From Gemmatimonadaceae bacterium (GTDB lineage Bacteria; Gemmatimonadota; Gemmatimonadetes; Gemmatimonadales; Gemmatimonadaceae), in NCBI GenBank assembly GCA_044224875.1, contig JBGAJQ010000025.1, forward strand, positions 1 to 61,601: a stretch of DNA of 61,601 bases, read 5' to 3'. Both the position numbers and the translations under genes were made by a program. Shown here piece by piece: positions 48,288 to 57,959 of the stretch. The notes beneath the pieces are model-generated. The model made no database searches, was not told the DNA's origin, and was given only the letters and a program-made list of their open reading frames with translations. The number at the start of each line of letters is the position of its first letter. The first letter of the stretch is position 1.

Positions 48288-48590
48288 ATGAAGATTTACG
48301 ACCGCAACTACGGCCCGATTCGGCCGGACCGGCCAGCTGACAATCGCGAGAAGGAGGGTGTGCAGAAGGACCGCGCTCCCGGCATTCTCCCGGTCGACAA
48401 TGGACGTTCCGACAAAGTCGAGATCTCAGATGCCGCGCGGAAGCTCGCCAAGGACGTGATCAGCGCCCTGCCTGCCGACGCCAAGGATCGTCTGGCTCAG
48501 GTGCGACAGCGCGTGCTCAGCGGCGCCTACGACATCGATCAGGTCGTTTCCGAAGTCGCGCAACGCATTCTCAAGCGCGGCGACGTCTAG
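48288..48590 (+). CDS. flgM: Anti-sigma-28 factor FlgM
   Basis: DKVEISDAAR, RLAQVRQRVLSGAY...VAQRIL; strong AAGGAGG RBS. Confidence 0.88.
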   Translation: MKIYDRNYGPIRPDRPADNREKEGVQKDRAPGILPVDNGRSDKVEISDAARKLAKDVISALPADAKDRLAQVRQRVLSGAYDIDQVVSEVAQRILKRGDV

Positions 48591-48620
48591 CTTCAACCCT
48601 GTTCGGGAGCAAGAGGCATC

Positions 48621-48998
48621 ATGAAGTTCCTGGTGGTGGACGACTCCGTGACCATGCGCCGAATCCTCGTGAATTCGCTGCAGCGTATCGGTTATCAGGA
48701 GTGCGTGGAGGCGGGTGACGGGCGCGAAGCCCTGGAGAAATTCGACGCCAGTGTTGGCTTCATCATCACCGACTGGAACATGCCGAATATGTCCGGGCTG
48801 GAGTTTGCACGCGCCCTCCGCGCGCGACCCGACGGTGGCAAGGTGCCGCTCCTCATGGTCACCACGCGGTCGGTCAAGGAGGACATCGTGGCAGCGGTGC
48901 AGGCGGGCGTGAACAACTATGTGGTGAAGCCGTTCACGCCGCAGGTCCTGAAGGACAAGATCGACGCCATTCTCGCCGGTTCGAGTCAGGCCGCCTAA
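48621..48998 (+). CDS. cheY: Chemotaxis response regulator CheY
   Basis: LVVDDSVTMRRI, TDWNMPNMSG, LMVT, NYVVKPFT. Confidence 0.95.
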   Translation: MKFLVVDDSVTMRRILVNSLQRIGYQECVEAGDGREALEKFDASVGFIITDWNMPNMSGLEFARALRARPDGGKVPLLMVTTRSVKEDIVAAVQAGVNNYVVKPFTPQVLKDKIDAILAGSSQAA

Positions 48999-49003
48999 CG
49001 ACC

Positions 49004-49684
49004 ATGACGTCCAAGACGCCGGGCGAACTCCTGTACGATTCGGAGGCGGCCCTCCGACTCGTCGATTCCGCCATTCAGGACATGGGCGACTCCGCGACGC
49101 CAGCCACGGACGTATCGACCGCGCGTCCCGGCGCCGGTCTGAGCGCCGCCGCACAGATCCTCGAGCGCGGCTATCGGGAAATCACGGCGGTGCTCGATTC
49201 GCTCCGCCAAAGTCGCTCCCTCCTCGAGCGAGCGACGCTCGACAAGCTCTCGCACACCGGCTCCAAGTTGCGCGAGGTCTCGAGTGCCACGGAAACCGCG
49301 GCCACTGACATCCTCAATGGCATCGATCGCGCAAACGCCTTGGTCGACGGCCTCGACGCCTGCGCCGAAACCGACGATCGCGAGCAAGCCGCCGCGCTAC
49401 GCGCCAACCTGCGTGACGAATTGTTCGCGGTGATGGGGCACATGCAGTTCCAGGACATCACGGCGCAGCAGCTCGCGTATGCCTCGGCGGTGCTCGACGA
49501 AGTCGAAGCGCGGCTGGCGGCCATCGCCCACGCGTTCGAAGTGCCGCACGCCAGCAAGCCCGCCGAAGGACTGGAGGCACCGGCCACGCCACAGACGTTC
49601 GACCCGAATGCCACGACCGCCGGCCGCGAGGAGCGACAGGCGACCGCGGACGAAATCATCGCCGCGTCTCACCGTCGCCACTAA
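49004..49684 (+). CDS. cheZ: CheZ-like phosphatase
   Basis: ATETAATDIL and MQFQDITAQQL (DxxxQ catalytic motif). Confidence 0.75.
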   Translation: MTSKTPGELLYDSEAALRLVDSAIQDMGDSATPATDVSTARPGAGLSAAAQILERGYREITAVLDSLRQSRSLLERATLDKLSHTGSKLREVSSATETAATDILNGIDRANALVDGLDACAETDDREQAAALRANLRDELFAVMGHMQFQDITAQQLAYASAVLDEVEARLAAIAHAFEVPHASKPAEGLEAPATPQTFDPNATTAGREERQATADEIIAASHRRH

Positions 49685-49699
49685 CCCGCCGGCGGGTCC

Positions 49700-51800
49700 G
49701 TGGCTGACTTCTCGCTCGACGACGCCATTCGGGCGGCACAGTGCGTCGATCCGCTCGACGCGGATCTGCCCGCACGCCTAACGGCGGTTGCCGACGCACT
49801 CCTCGCTGACAACACCCTCCCGCCGCCCGTTCGTGCCCTGGGGACCAGCCTGGCAGCCCACGTCCAGGCCAGTGGTACCGATCCACGCGCGCTCCAGACG
49901 GCACTCGCGGTCTTCAGGTCGATCGTCACGCGACTGGAGATGCGACGGACGCTCGCCGCCACTGCCGAGAAATCCGACCCGCCAATAACTCCGCCAGCGG
50001 CAACCGCGACAGCAGTTGGTGAGGCGCGAACCAATCCGCCGCCGACCGAGGCGTCAAGCGGCATGCTACCGGCTGACGCCGACGCGGGACTCGTCGCCGA
50101 CTACATCACCGAGTGCCTGGATCTCCTCGATGGCGCAGAATCGGCACTGTTGCAGCTCGAGGGCGAGCCCGACGACATGGAGTCGGTGAACACGGTCTTC
50201 CGCGCCGTGCACACCATCAAGGGCACGTCGACGTACCTGGCCCTTGCCGCCATCGGGGCCTTCGCCCACAGCGCCGAAACGCTGCTGGTCCGCATGCGCG
50301 ACAGGGAAATTCGCTGCGTCGGTGGCTATGCCGGGCTCGCCCTGCAGGCCATCGACGTTCTCACCGATCTCATTCGTCGGGTGCAACGCGAAGCTGCCGG
50401 CGAAGCCCCGGAGCCGCTCCCCGACCTCGAGCCGCTGCTCGCCCGACTCAAGTCACCCGAGAACTTCGGGATCTCCGCTGTCGAGCGCCGCGCCGCTTGG
50501 CGCGTGCAGGCCGACCTCGACCGGGAAGCCGAGGGACGCGGGCGCGGGGCGCGCGGCGCCGACTCGACCGTGCGGGTGCGCACCGATCGCCTCGACCGGC
50601 TCATCGAAATGGTCGGCGAACTCGTGATCGCCCAGACGCTCGTCGCGCAGGATGAGTCGATCCGCCGCATTCCTTCCTCGGCCGGTCCCGTCACGCACAA
50701 ACTCGCCCAAGCCACGAAGATCGTTCGCGAGCTCCAGACCCTCGCGATGTCCATGCGAATGGTGCCGCTCCGCGGCACCTTCCAAAAGCTGAAGCGTCTC
50801 GCGCGCGATGTCGCCCACCGAACCGGCAAGCTGGTTACCCTCGAGTGTCATGGCGAAGAAACCGAGGTAGACCGGAACCTGGTGGAGGTCATCGCCGACC
50901 CCCTCGTCCACATGCTCCGCAACGCGATCGACCATGGCATCGAAACGCCGGTCGAACGCCTCAGTGCCCACAAGCCCGAAGTCGGCCGCATCACGCTTCG
51001 AGCCTCCCAGGCTGGCGGTAACGTCGTCGTTGAGCTGACGGACGATGGCAGGGGACTCAATCGCGCACGAATTCTCGCCAAGGCCGTCCACCTGGGTCTC
51101 GTCGCGCCGAACGCCCAGCTGAGTGATTCCAGCGTCTGGCAGTTGATCTTCACGCCGGGGTTTTCCACCGCCGACCAGCTTACCGACGTCTCCGGGCGTG
51201 GGGTTGGGATGGATGTCGTTAGGAACAACATCGAGTCGATGCGCGGCATCGTCGACATCGAGTCCACCGCGGGGCAGGGATCGCGCTTTACCATCCGGCT
51301 TCCACTCACGCTGTCCGTCACGGATGGCATGCTCGTGCGCGTCGGAAGCGAACGCTATGTCATCCCAACCTCGCACATCCACTTGTCGTTCCGGCCCAAC
51401 CCATCCCAGCTCAATACCGTGGTGGGACGCGGCGAGGTCGTCGTGCTTCGTGACGAGGTGCTTCCCGTGTTGCGCCTGAACCACATGCTGGGAATCTCCA
51501 ACGCCCTCGAAGACCCCGCCGAAGGCATCCTTGTCGTCGTTGGTGACGACGGGACTCGCTCCGCATTGCTCGTCGACGAACTGCTCGGTCAACAACAGGT
51601 GGTGGTGAAGTCCTTGGGCGAAGGGCTCCCTCCGGCGGAAGGCATTGCCGGTGAAGTCCCTGGGAGAAGGCCTCCCTCCGGCGGAAGGCATTGCCGGTGG
51701 GGCCATCCTGGGGGACGGGAAGGTGGGGCTCATCCTCGACGTGGCCGCGCTCATGACCTTCCTGCGTGTGACCGCCGTCGCAATTGCCACCGGACCGTGA
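49700..51800 (+). CDS. cheA: Histidine kinase CheA; C-terminus frameshifted by a 46-bp tandem duplication
   Basis: FRAVHTIKG (Hpt), VRVRTDRLDRL, HMLRNAIDHGIE, DVSGRGVGMDVV; true C-terminus GAILGDGKVGLILDV lies in another frame, ending at TGA 51800. Confidence 0.92.
51604..51695 (+). repeat. Imperfect 46-bp tandem duplication in cheA
   Basis: 51604-51649 vs 51650-51695, 3 mismatches. Confidence 0.9.
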
Positions 51801-51807
51801 ACCATTC

Positions 51808-51835
51808 TTAAGGTTCAGACCCGAGGGGACGATAC
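51808..51835 (+). promoter_or_regulatory. Putative sigma-28 promoter for cheW-cheX
   Basis: TTAAG-N15-GACGATAC. Confidence 0.55.
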
Positions 51836-51880
51836 CACGATTAGGGATTTGAAACTCCCCACCAAACCAGCAAACGCCCC

Positions 51881-52333
51881 GTGTCTCAAGCCACAGTGAA
51901 ATACCTGACTTTCTTCATGGGAGAAGAAGAGTACGGCATCGACATCTTCCAGGTGCGCGAGATCATTGGCGTGCAGCCAATCACTCGCGTGCCCCGGACG
52001 GCTGCCAGCATTCGTGGTGTGATCAACCTTCGGGGTAAGGTGCTGCCTGTCCTCGACCTTCGCACGGTGTTGGAGCTCCCGGAGGGGCGTGGGGAAACGT
52101 GCATTGTCGTCGTGGAATTTCGTGAATCACTCGTCGGTGTGGTGATAGACCGGGTCGGCGAAGTCGCTACGATCGCCACGGAGGAAATCGAACTGCCAGC
52201 GCTCGGCGCCAGCGTGAACACGCAGTGCCTGCGCGGGATCGCCAGACGCGGGACGCGCGTCCGACTCCTCCTCGATCTCGAACGCGCCATTCCGGTCGAC
52301 GTGCTGCCGGGGAAGGAGCCGGTTGCCGCATGA
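51881..52333 (+). CDS. cheW: CheW
   Basis: YLTF..GEEEYGIDI..VREII, RGVINLRGKVLPVLDLR. Confidence 0.95.
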   Translation: MSQATVKYLTFFMGEEEYGIDIFQVREIIGVQPITRVPRTAASIRGVINLRGKVLPVLDLRTVLELPEGRGETCIVVVEFRESLVGVVIDRVGEVATIATEEIELPALGASVNTQCLRGIARRGTRVRLLLDLERAIPVDVLPGKEPVAA

Positions 52334-53100
52334 CGACCCAGCGAGCCATGCTGGCCATGGGGATCTCGTCTGGCGTGGAGTTGACGTCGTCGGACTTTGC
52401 CCGTGTCTCGCACCTGATGCGTTCGGTCGCAGGCATCGAGCTGAAGCCTGGCAAGGAAGGCCTGGTTCGGTCGCGCCTGTCACGGCGTCTCCGGGCGTTG
52501 CACCTGCACAGCGTCGGGGAGTACCTCGATCGCGTGGAACGGGAGCCGGCAAACCAGGAACTGGCGCAAATGGTCGATGCGCTCACGACCAACAAGACCG
52601 AGTTCTTTCGCGAACGGGCGCACTTTGACCTGCTCGAAGACTCGGTCGCCATGTCGGCGCACATGTCGTTAGGCCGCGACGTCGCTCGCCTTCGCGTGCT
52701 AGCCACCGATATCTCCGGTCGCGCGCTGGAGGCCGCTCGGCGCGGGCGGTACAGCGCGGCCTCCCTCAAGAACGTCCCTGTCCCGGCGCGCGACCGGTTC
52801 TTCGATCTCGATCCGGAGGACGCCGAAGGGACGGTCTATCATGTTTCCGACGACGTTCGTCGCCTCGTCCGTTTTGCAAGCTTGAACCTCATGGCGGACT
52901 GGCCGATGAAGGGGTCGTTCGACGTCATCTTCTGCCGCAACGTGATGATCTACTTCAACCGTCAGGCGCAGCAACAACTCGTGGATCGTTTCACGGAGCG
53001 GCTCTCCGCGGGCGGCATGCTACTGCTCGGTCACTCGGAAAGCCTCACCGGCATACGGCACGCGTTGCGATACGTTCAACCTGCGGCGTACGGGAAATAG
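52330..53100 (+). CDS. cheR: CheR methyltransferase with apparent in-frame internal deletion
   Basis: TTNKTEFFRE.AHF, LATDIS, FDVIFCRNVMIYF, LGHSESL; WSAGCSxGEEPY motif absent. Confidence 0.88.
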   Translation: MTTQRAMLAMGISSGVELTSSDFARVSHLMRSVAGIELKPGKEGLVRSRLSRRLRALHLHSVGEYLDRVEREPANQELAQMVDALTTNKTEFFRERAHFDLLEDSVAMSAHMSLGRDVARLRVLATDISGRALEAARRGRYSAASLKNVPVPARDRFFDLDPEDAEGTVYHVSDDVRRLVRFASLNLMADWPMKGSFDVIFCRNVMIYFNRQAQQQLVDRFTERLSAGGMLLLGHSESLTGIRHALRYVQPAAYGK

Positions 53101-53103
53101 GGA

Positions 53104-53607
53104 ATGACTACCGAGACCCTGGTCGATCGCGTTGTCGGCATCGCCGAAATGTGTGTGTCCCGCGACCCCGCCGAACGCCTCATCACCTACGCCTTGGGGA
53201 GCTGCCTGGGCGTCGTGGTGCACGATCCTGTTGCCCATGTCGGTGGATTGTTGCACGTCATGTTGCCGCTGTCGGAGATCGACCCGGAAAAGGCGCAGCA
53301 CAATCCCTGTCTCTTCGTCGATACCGGGGTGCCTGAGCTCTTCCGCGCCTGCTATCGCGCCGGGGCAACCAAGGAGCGCCTGGTTGTAAAGGTGGCCGGC
53401 GGCGCGTTCGTAGGCGAGGACGACCAGTCCGATCCGTTTCAGGTGGGCAAGCGCAACCTGCTCACGCTCAAGAAACTCCTGTGGAAGAACGGCGTCATCC
53501 TCCGCGCCGAAGATGTTGGAGGACAGCGCGTATCGCGCACGGTATCGCTTCACCTGGCAACGGGTGAGGTCGTGGTGAAGTCCAACGGGCGCGAGTCCGC
53601 CCTCTGA
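53104..53607 (+). CDS. cheD: Chemoreceptor glutamine deamidase CheD
   Basis: TYALGSCLGV, GGLLHVMLP, KVAGGA, GKRN, EDVGG. Confidence 0.94.
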   Translation: MTTETLVDRVVGIAEMCVSRDPAERLITYALGSCLGVVVHDPVAHVGGLLHVMLPLSEIDPEKAQHNPCLFVDTGVPELFRACYRAGATKERLVVKVAGGAFVGEDDQSDPFQVGKRNLLTLKKLLWKNGVILRAEDVGGQRVSRTVSLHLATGEVVVKSNGRESAL

Positions 53608-53623
53608 CCGCTGCAGGAAACCT

Positions 53624-54007
53624 ATGGCTATCAACGTCCTCGTCGTTGACGACAGCGCCGTGATGCGCTCGATGCTCATTCGCACCTTGCGAATGAGTGC
53701 GATCCCACTCGGCGATGTGCATGAAGCCGGTAACGGCGCGGAAGCGATCGACCGCCTGACGACCACACATATCGACCTGGCACTCGTCGACATCAACATG
53801 CCGGTGATGAATGGCGACCGCCTCATCGACGTCATGCAGGGTGACCCGCGGCTTGCTGGCGTGCAGACGATCGTGGTCTCGACCGAAGGGAGCCAGGCGC
53901 GTGTCGCCTCGCTCGCGTCACGCGGTGTGCGCTTCATCCACAAGCCCTTTTCACCCGAACAAATTCGCACCACGGTACTTCAGGTGCTGGGGGTAGCCGA
54001 TGCCTAA
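53624..54007 (+). CDS. Second CheY-like response regulator
   Basis: VLVVDDSAVMR, VDINMPVMNG, VSTEG, HKPFSPE. Confidence 0.9.
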   Translation: MAINVLVVDDSAVMRSMLIRTLRMSAIPLGDVHEAGNGAEAIDRLTTTHIDLALVDINMPVMNGDRLIDVMQGDPRLAGVQTIVVSTEGSQARVASLASRGVRFIHKPFSPEQIRTTVLQVLGVADA

Positions 54008-54446
54008 CGCCTTGACCACGCCACTTCACGAAACGGCGGCGATGGTCCTGGAGCAAATGGCTTTTCTTTGCTCAACCGCCGTCGACGCCGAGTTGCCAGT
54101 CGACCCGGGGGACGGAATCGTCGGCGTGGATTTCGCTGGTCCCTATCAGGGGCGCCTCCTCGTCTCCATGGCCACGGGCACCCTGCCCACCTTCGCGGCG
54201 AACATGATCGGGGCGGACGAACCACCGCCAGCCGACGTCCAGCGTGACGCCCTCGGCGAGCTTGCCAACGTCATTTGTGGAAACCTGCTGCCCAAGGTCA
54301 CGGAGAGTAACCCGGTCTTCGACCTCTCCACGCCACAGAGCTATCCCTCATGGGAAGCCGCGTTCCAGGGGATCGGCGAGCGCGTTGCCCATGTGGCGCT
54401 GAATCTCGACGGCGGACGAGCCGACGTCGTGTTCTGTCGCAACTGA
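54000..54446 (+). CDS. cheX: CheX-family phosphatase
   Basis: DALGELANVICGN (ExxN) motif. Confidence 0.82.
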   Translation: MPNALTTPLHETAAMVLEQMAFLCSTAVDAELPVDPGDGIVGVDFAGPYQGRLLVSMATGTLPTFAANMIGADEPPPADVQRDALGELANVICGNLLPKVTESNPVFDLSTPQSYPSWEAAFQGIGERVAHVALNLDGGRADVVFCRN

Positions 54447-54460
54447 CGTCGAGGATGCCA

Positions 54461-54492
54461 AGAGGGCCAGCGTAGTGTCACGCTGGCCCTCT
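54461..54492. terminator. Hairpin between convergent cheX and tRNA-Arg
   Basis: Perfect 13-bp stem AGAGGGCCAGCGT/ACGCTGGCCCTCT. Confidence 0.7.
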
Positions 54493-54502
54493 GCCAATCG
54501 CA

Positions 54503-54576
54503 CGCGCCCTGAGGGACTCGAACCCCCAACCTTCTGATCCGAAGTCAGATGCTCTATCCAATTGAGCTAAGGGCGC
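54503..54576 (-). tRNA. tRNA-Arg(TCG)
   Basis: GCGCCCTTAGCTCAATTGGATAGAGCA; TCTGA-CT-TCG-GA-TCAGA; GGTTCGAGTCC. Confidence 0.93.
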
Positions 54577-54618
54577 TCGGAACGTCTCAACATATTTAAC
54601 ACTGGAGCGGTCCCCTCG

Positions 54619-56277
54619 TCAGCCACCTAACGTGACCTCCAGACGGGTCACCGAGGCTGCCGGCACCCGGTGCACGAAACTCCGGCCGCTCCCGGCCACC
54701 ACATGCTCGGTCGGTTGAACGGCAGTGGGTTCCGCAAAGGTGTTGTGCGCGTGCAGATAGCCGGCCGTAAGGGTGACCGCGCGAACACCCTTCGCGCTGC
54801 CACCGCGCAGCACGACCTCCACGTCACGCGGTTCGGCGTGATGCGGATTGGTAAGCGTCAGTGTCACCACCCCGTGCTTCTCCGACGCCGAGCCGCCAAC
54901 GCCCCAGAAAGACTGGCTCTTGCCGGCTGGATCCGTCCACGTGATCGGGGGTGCCGTGGCAACGGTGCGCACGGCGCGCGCTCCCTGGTGTGGCGCGTAC
55001 ATCGCGAAGACGTGATAGGTCGGCGTTACCACGAAGCGGTCTTCATGGGCGAGAAACAGCGACTGAATGCAGTTCACCAACTGGGCAATATTCGCCATGG
55101 CCACCTTGTCCGCGTGGCGGTTGAAGGTGTCCAGGGTCAGCGATGCGACGATCGCATCGCGCATCGTGGACTGTTGGCCAAACAGATGCGTTGGGTCCAC
55201 GTTGGTGGTCATCTTGTGCCACGCCCCCCACTCGTCGATCACCAGCTTCACCTTGTGATCGCGATCGACCTCGCGCATAACCTGCCATTGCGACGTGATC
55301 AGGTTCTCCATCCGATCGGCCGAGGCCAGGAGCTCGTACCACCCGGTGGTGTCGAAGGCTACCGCCTCACCGTTGGTCGAGCTGCAGTAGTGGTGCATCG
55401 CCCACCCCCACAGGCGTTCCACGTCGCGTCGTTCAGAGAGCTTATTGAGGAATCGACGCGTCCATTCATAGTCAGCGCCGCTCGGCCCCGACCCGATGAA
55501 GGAAAGCGGTTGTCCGTAGTCCGGCACGGCCCACGTGGCAAACCGGCGGAACTCGCTCGCGTACTCGTCAGGCGTGAAGTTTCCGCCACAGCCCCACGAT
55601 TCGTTGCCGACGCCCCAGTAACGCACGCCTAACGGCTCACGTTCGCCGCCAGCCGCGCGCACGTCAGCCCACGTGGTGCTGCCAGCTGGTGCATTGCAAT
55701 AATCGACCCACTCATGGAATACCTGGGCGGACAGCGTGCGCAAGTTCGCGCCAAAGTAGGGCTGCGCGCCAACCAGTCGACAGAATCGGACAAACTCATT
55801 CGTTCCGAACCAGTTCGGTTCGAATTTCTGCGGCACATTGCCCAGGCCTTTCAGGTGCTCGTCGTCTCCCCAGAGATTTGCGCGCCGAGGGCGTCGCTCG
55901 CGCGGCCCAACGCCATCGCGCCAATCGTAGCCGTCCGCGAAACACCCGCCCGGCCAACGGATCACCGCGGGCCGAATCGCCGCCAGCGCATCGATCAGGG
56001 CCTTGCGGATGCCGCCAACGTTAGGCACGCGGGATCCCTCGCCGACCCACACGCCGTCGTACACCACGCCGCCAAGGTGCTCGACAAAGTGCCCGTAGAT
56101 CTCCGGCGCGATGGTCCCGATCGGTTCGTCCAGGAGTACTTCGACATGCGCATCCACCAGCTGCGACGGTGCAGAGGACGGACGCGTGGCAACGCCCGCG
56201 TCGCGCGGCACGATGCGGGCCAACACGGAGGAACCGGGGAGGGCCAAAGCGGCGGCGACAAAGTCGCGTCGTTTCAT
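54619..56277 (-). CDS. Alpha-L-arabinofuranosidase GH51, Tat-exported
   Basis: MKRRDF twin-Arg signal; YGHFVEHLG, RWPGGCFAD, WGVGNESWG, DEWGAW, MANIAQLVN. Confidence 0.93.
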   Translation of the reverse strand: MKRRDFVAAALALPGSSVLARIVPRDAGVATRPSSAPSQLVDAHVEVLLDEPIGTIAPEIYGHFVEHLGGVVYDGVWVGEGSRVPNVGGIRKALIDALAAIRPAVIRWPGGCFADGYDWRDGVGPRERRPRRANLWGDDEHLKGLGNVPQKFEPNWFGTNEFVRFCRLVGAQPYFGANLRTLSAQVFHEWVDYCNAPAGSTTWADVRAAGGEREPLGVRYWGVGNESWGCGGNFTPDEYASEFRRFATWAVPDYGQPLSFIGSGPSGADYEWTRRFLNKLSERRDVERLWGWAMHHYCSSTNGEAVAFDTTGWYELLASADRMENLITSQWQVMREVDRDHKVKLVIDEWGAWHKMTTNVDPTHLFGQQSTMRDAIVASLTLDTFNRHADKVAMANIAQLVNCIQSLFLAHEDRFVVTPTYHVFAMYAPHQGARAVRTVATAPPITWTDPAGKSQSFWGVGGSASEKHGVVTLTLTNPHHAEPRDVEVVLRGGSAKGVRAVTLTAGYLHAHNTFAEPTAVQPTEHVVAGSGRSFVHRVPAASVTRLEVTLGG

Positions 56278-56424
56278 GAAGACTCGTCGTGGAGGGATGA
56301 TGGTACGCTACCTCCACGGCTCGCGAACGCCAGTAGTCTCAGGGCCGCTCTTCACACCCGTCCGTGATCTCGGCTGGCGACAGTCACGAGCAACGCCTTG
56401 GAAATCCCGCGGTCGCGCGCCGAG

Positions 56425-57792
56425 CTATGGCACCGGTCCTGTCTGGCGCATCCGATAGATCGTCCCACTCAAGTCGTCTGAGACCAGGATCGCACCCTTC
56501 GGATCAACGATGGCGTCCACGGGACGGCCCCAGTAGCCCGCACCCGTGTTCCAGCCAGAAATGAAATCGAACTGCTGTGAAGGACGCTGCATGACCGGGT
56601 CCCACGTGAAGTACGCCACCTTCGCGCCCGTTGGCACGCTTCGGTTCCACGAACCGTGCAGGGACACCAGCGCTCCCTCGCGGTAGTATGTGGCAATGGC
56701 CGTCCCCTGCAGCAACGACATGCCTAACGGCGCTGAATGAGCTTGTATGCCGCGCGTCACGCGGTCCATGAGCCCGCAGGACGCCACGCCGCCGCCCTGG
56801 TTCATGTTGTAGTCGTCGTCAAAGGGCATATCGTCCAGCCCCGACGCCGTATTCGGATTGGGATTGCAGAAGGGCCAGCCATAGTTCCCGCCATCGCGAA
56901 CGCCAATGAACTCGTCAGGCGGGTGGTCGTCTACGTAGCCCGGAAACACGCGACCGTAGTTTCCCGAACCGTCGTTGAACGGGTACGGGATTTGATCGCG
57001 ATTGTTGACCACCACATACAGCCCCTGCGTCGTCGGGTGCGTCTGCAAGCCCTCGGCGTTGCGTAGTCCGCGCGCGTACAGGCGCCCGCCGCTACCGTCG
57101 GCGGCGTACACGTAGACGGAGGCGCGAACTGGACTGCTCTGAGCGTCGGACAAGCACACGTTGCAGGTGGATCCAATGGAGACATACAGGTGGCCGCTCC
57201 CGTCGAGCGCGATGTTCTTCAGCGGATGTCCGTATCCACCCAGTCCCGGCGTCTGCCCGTCCGGCAGGTTGCCGACTACGACCTGCGACGCTCGCATCGT
57301 GAGGTCGCCGTTCAGGTACGGCGCGCGGGACACCTGATGCGATTCGGTGAAATACAAGTAGGTGGTACCGGCGATCGTGGCGAACACCAGGTCGTGCGGA
57401 CTCCGCAGCCCGGTTCGAAAGTTGGAGACGATCGCCTGGCCGGAACCATTGTTTCGGATGAGGACGATCGTGCCCGATCCACTCACACTGGCCAGCAGCC
57501 GGTTGTCTGGCGTGACGGCGAGGAAGCGGACACCGGGCACACGGGCCACAACCGCAATCGCGTAGCTGGTCGGAATGGTCAGCAGCCGCGTGATGTCGAA
57601 TGGCGGCGTGCGGAGCGCCACCGGGACCTGAACGGCTACGGTTTGGTAACCGGGAGGTCCGCCAAGTAACCGCTGCGCGTTAGGCAGCAGGCCATCGCCC
57701 GGGCCTGTCGAGCGGGACATCGCGTCGTCGCGGGTGCAGCCCGCCACGACCAGCAGGCACAACCATCGGGCCGTGCAGCGGAATCGAGACAT
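56425..57792 (-). CDS. Glucose/sorbosone dehydrogenase-like beta-propeller lipoprotein
   Basis: LVVAGC lipobox; LYVSIGSTCN, ARGLRN, GGNYGWPFC, AHSAPLG, HGSWNR, GRPVD..SDD. Confidence 0.85.
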   Translation of the reverse strand: MSRFRCTARWLCLLVVAGCTRDDAMSRSTGPGDGLLPNAQRLLGGPPGYQTVAVQVPVALRTPPFDITRLLTIPTSYAIAVVARVPGVRFLAVTPDNRLLASVSGSGTIVLIRNNGSGQAIVSNFRTGLRSPHDLVFATIAGTTYLYFTESHQVSRAPYLNGDLTMRASQVVVGNLPDGQTPGLGGYGHPLKNIALDGSGHLYVSIGSTCNVCLSDAQSSPVRASVYVYAADGSGGRLYARGLRNAEGLQTHPTTQGLYVVVNNRDQIPYPFNDGSGNYGRVFPGYVDDHPPDEFIGVRDGGNYGWPFCNPNPNTASGLDDMPFDDDYNMNQGGGVASCGLMDRVTRGIQAHSAPLGMSLLQGTAIATYYREGALVSLHGSWNRSVPTGAKVAYFTWDPVMQRPSQQFDFISGWNTGAGYWGRPVDAIVDPKGAILVSDDLSGTIYRMRQTGPVP

Positions 57793-57959
57793 GAGGTACT
57801 CCCAGCAGGGTCGGCGTTGTCGCGGACCCAGAGGCTAGGGCGGACGCGAATAGCGCGCTGTATGCTAGGTCGCAGAGCGGCACTCGCCGTCTCGCTGCGG
57901 GCAAATGAGAGCGCCCCTCCGGAGGCCCAGAGAGGCGCTTCACTCATCATGTATCTCAG

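Noticed and set aside
14416..51805. Long antisense or overlapping ORFs (e.g. 14416-15696, 27399-28445, 31376-32434, 50453-51805)
   Set aside because: Shadow ORFs opposite well-supported genes, expected at high GC, with no protein motifs
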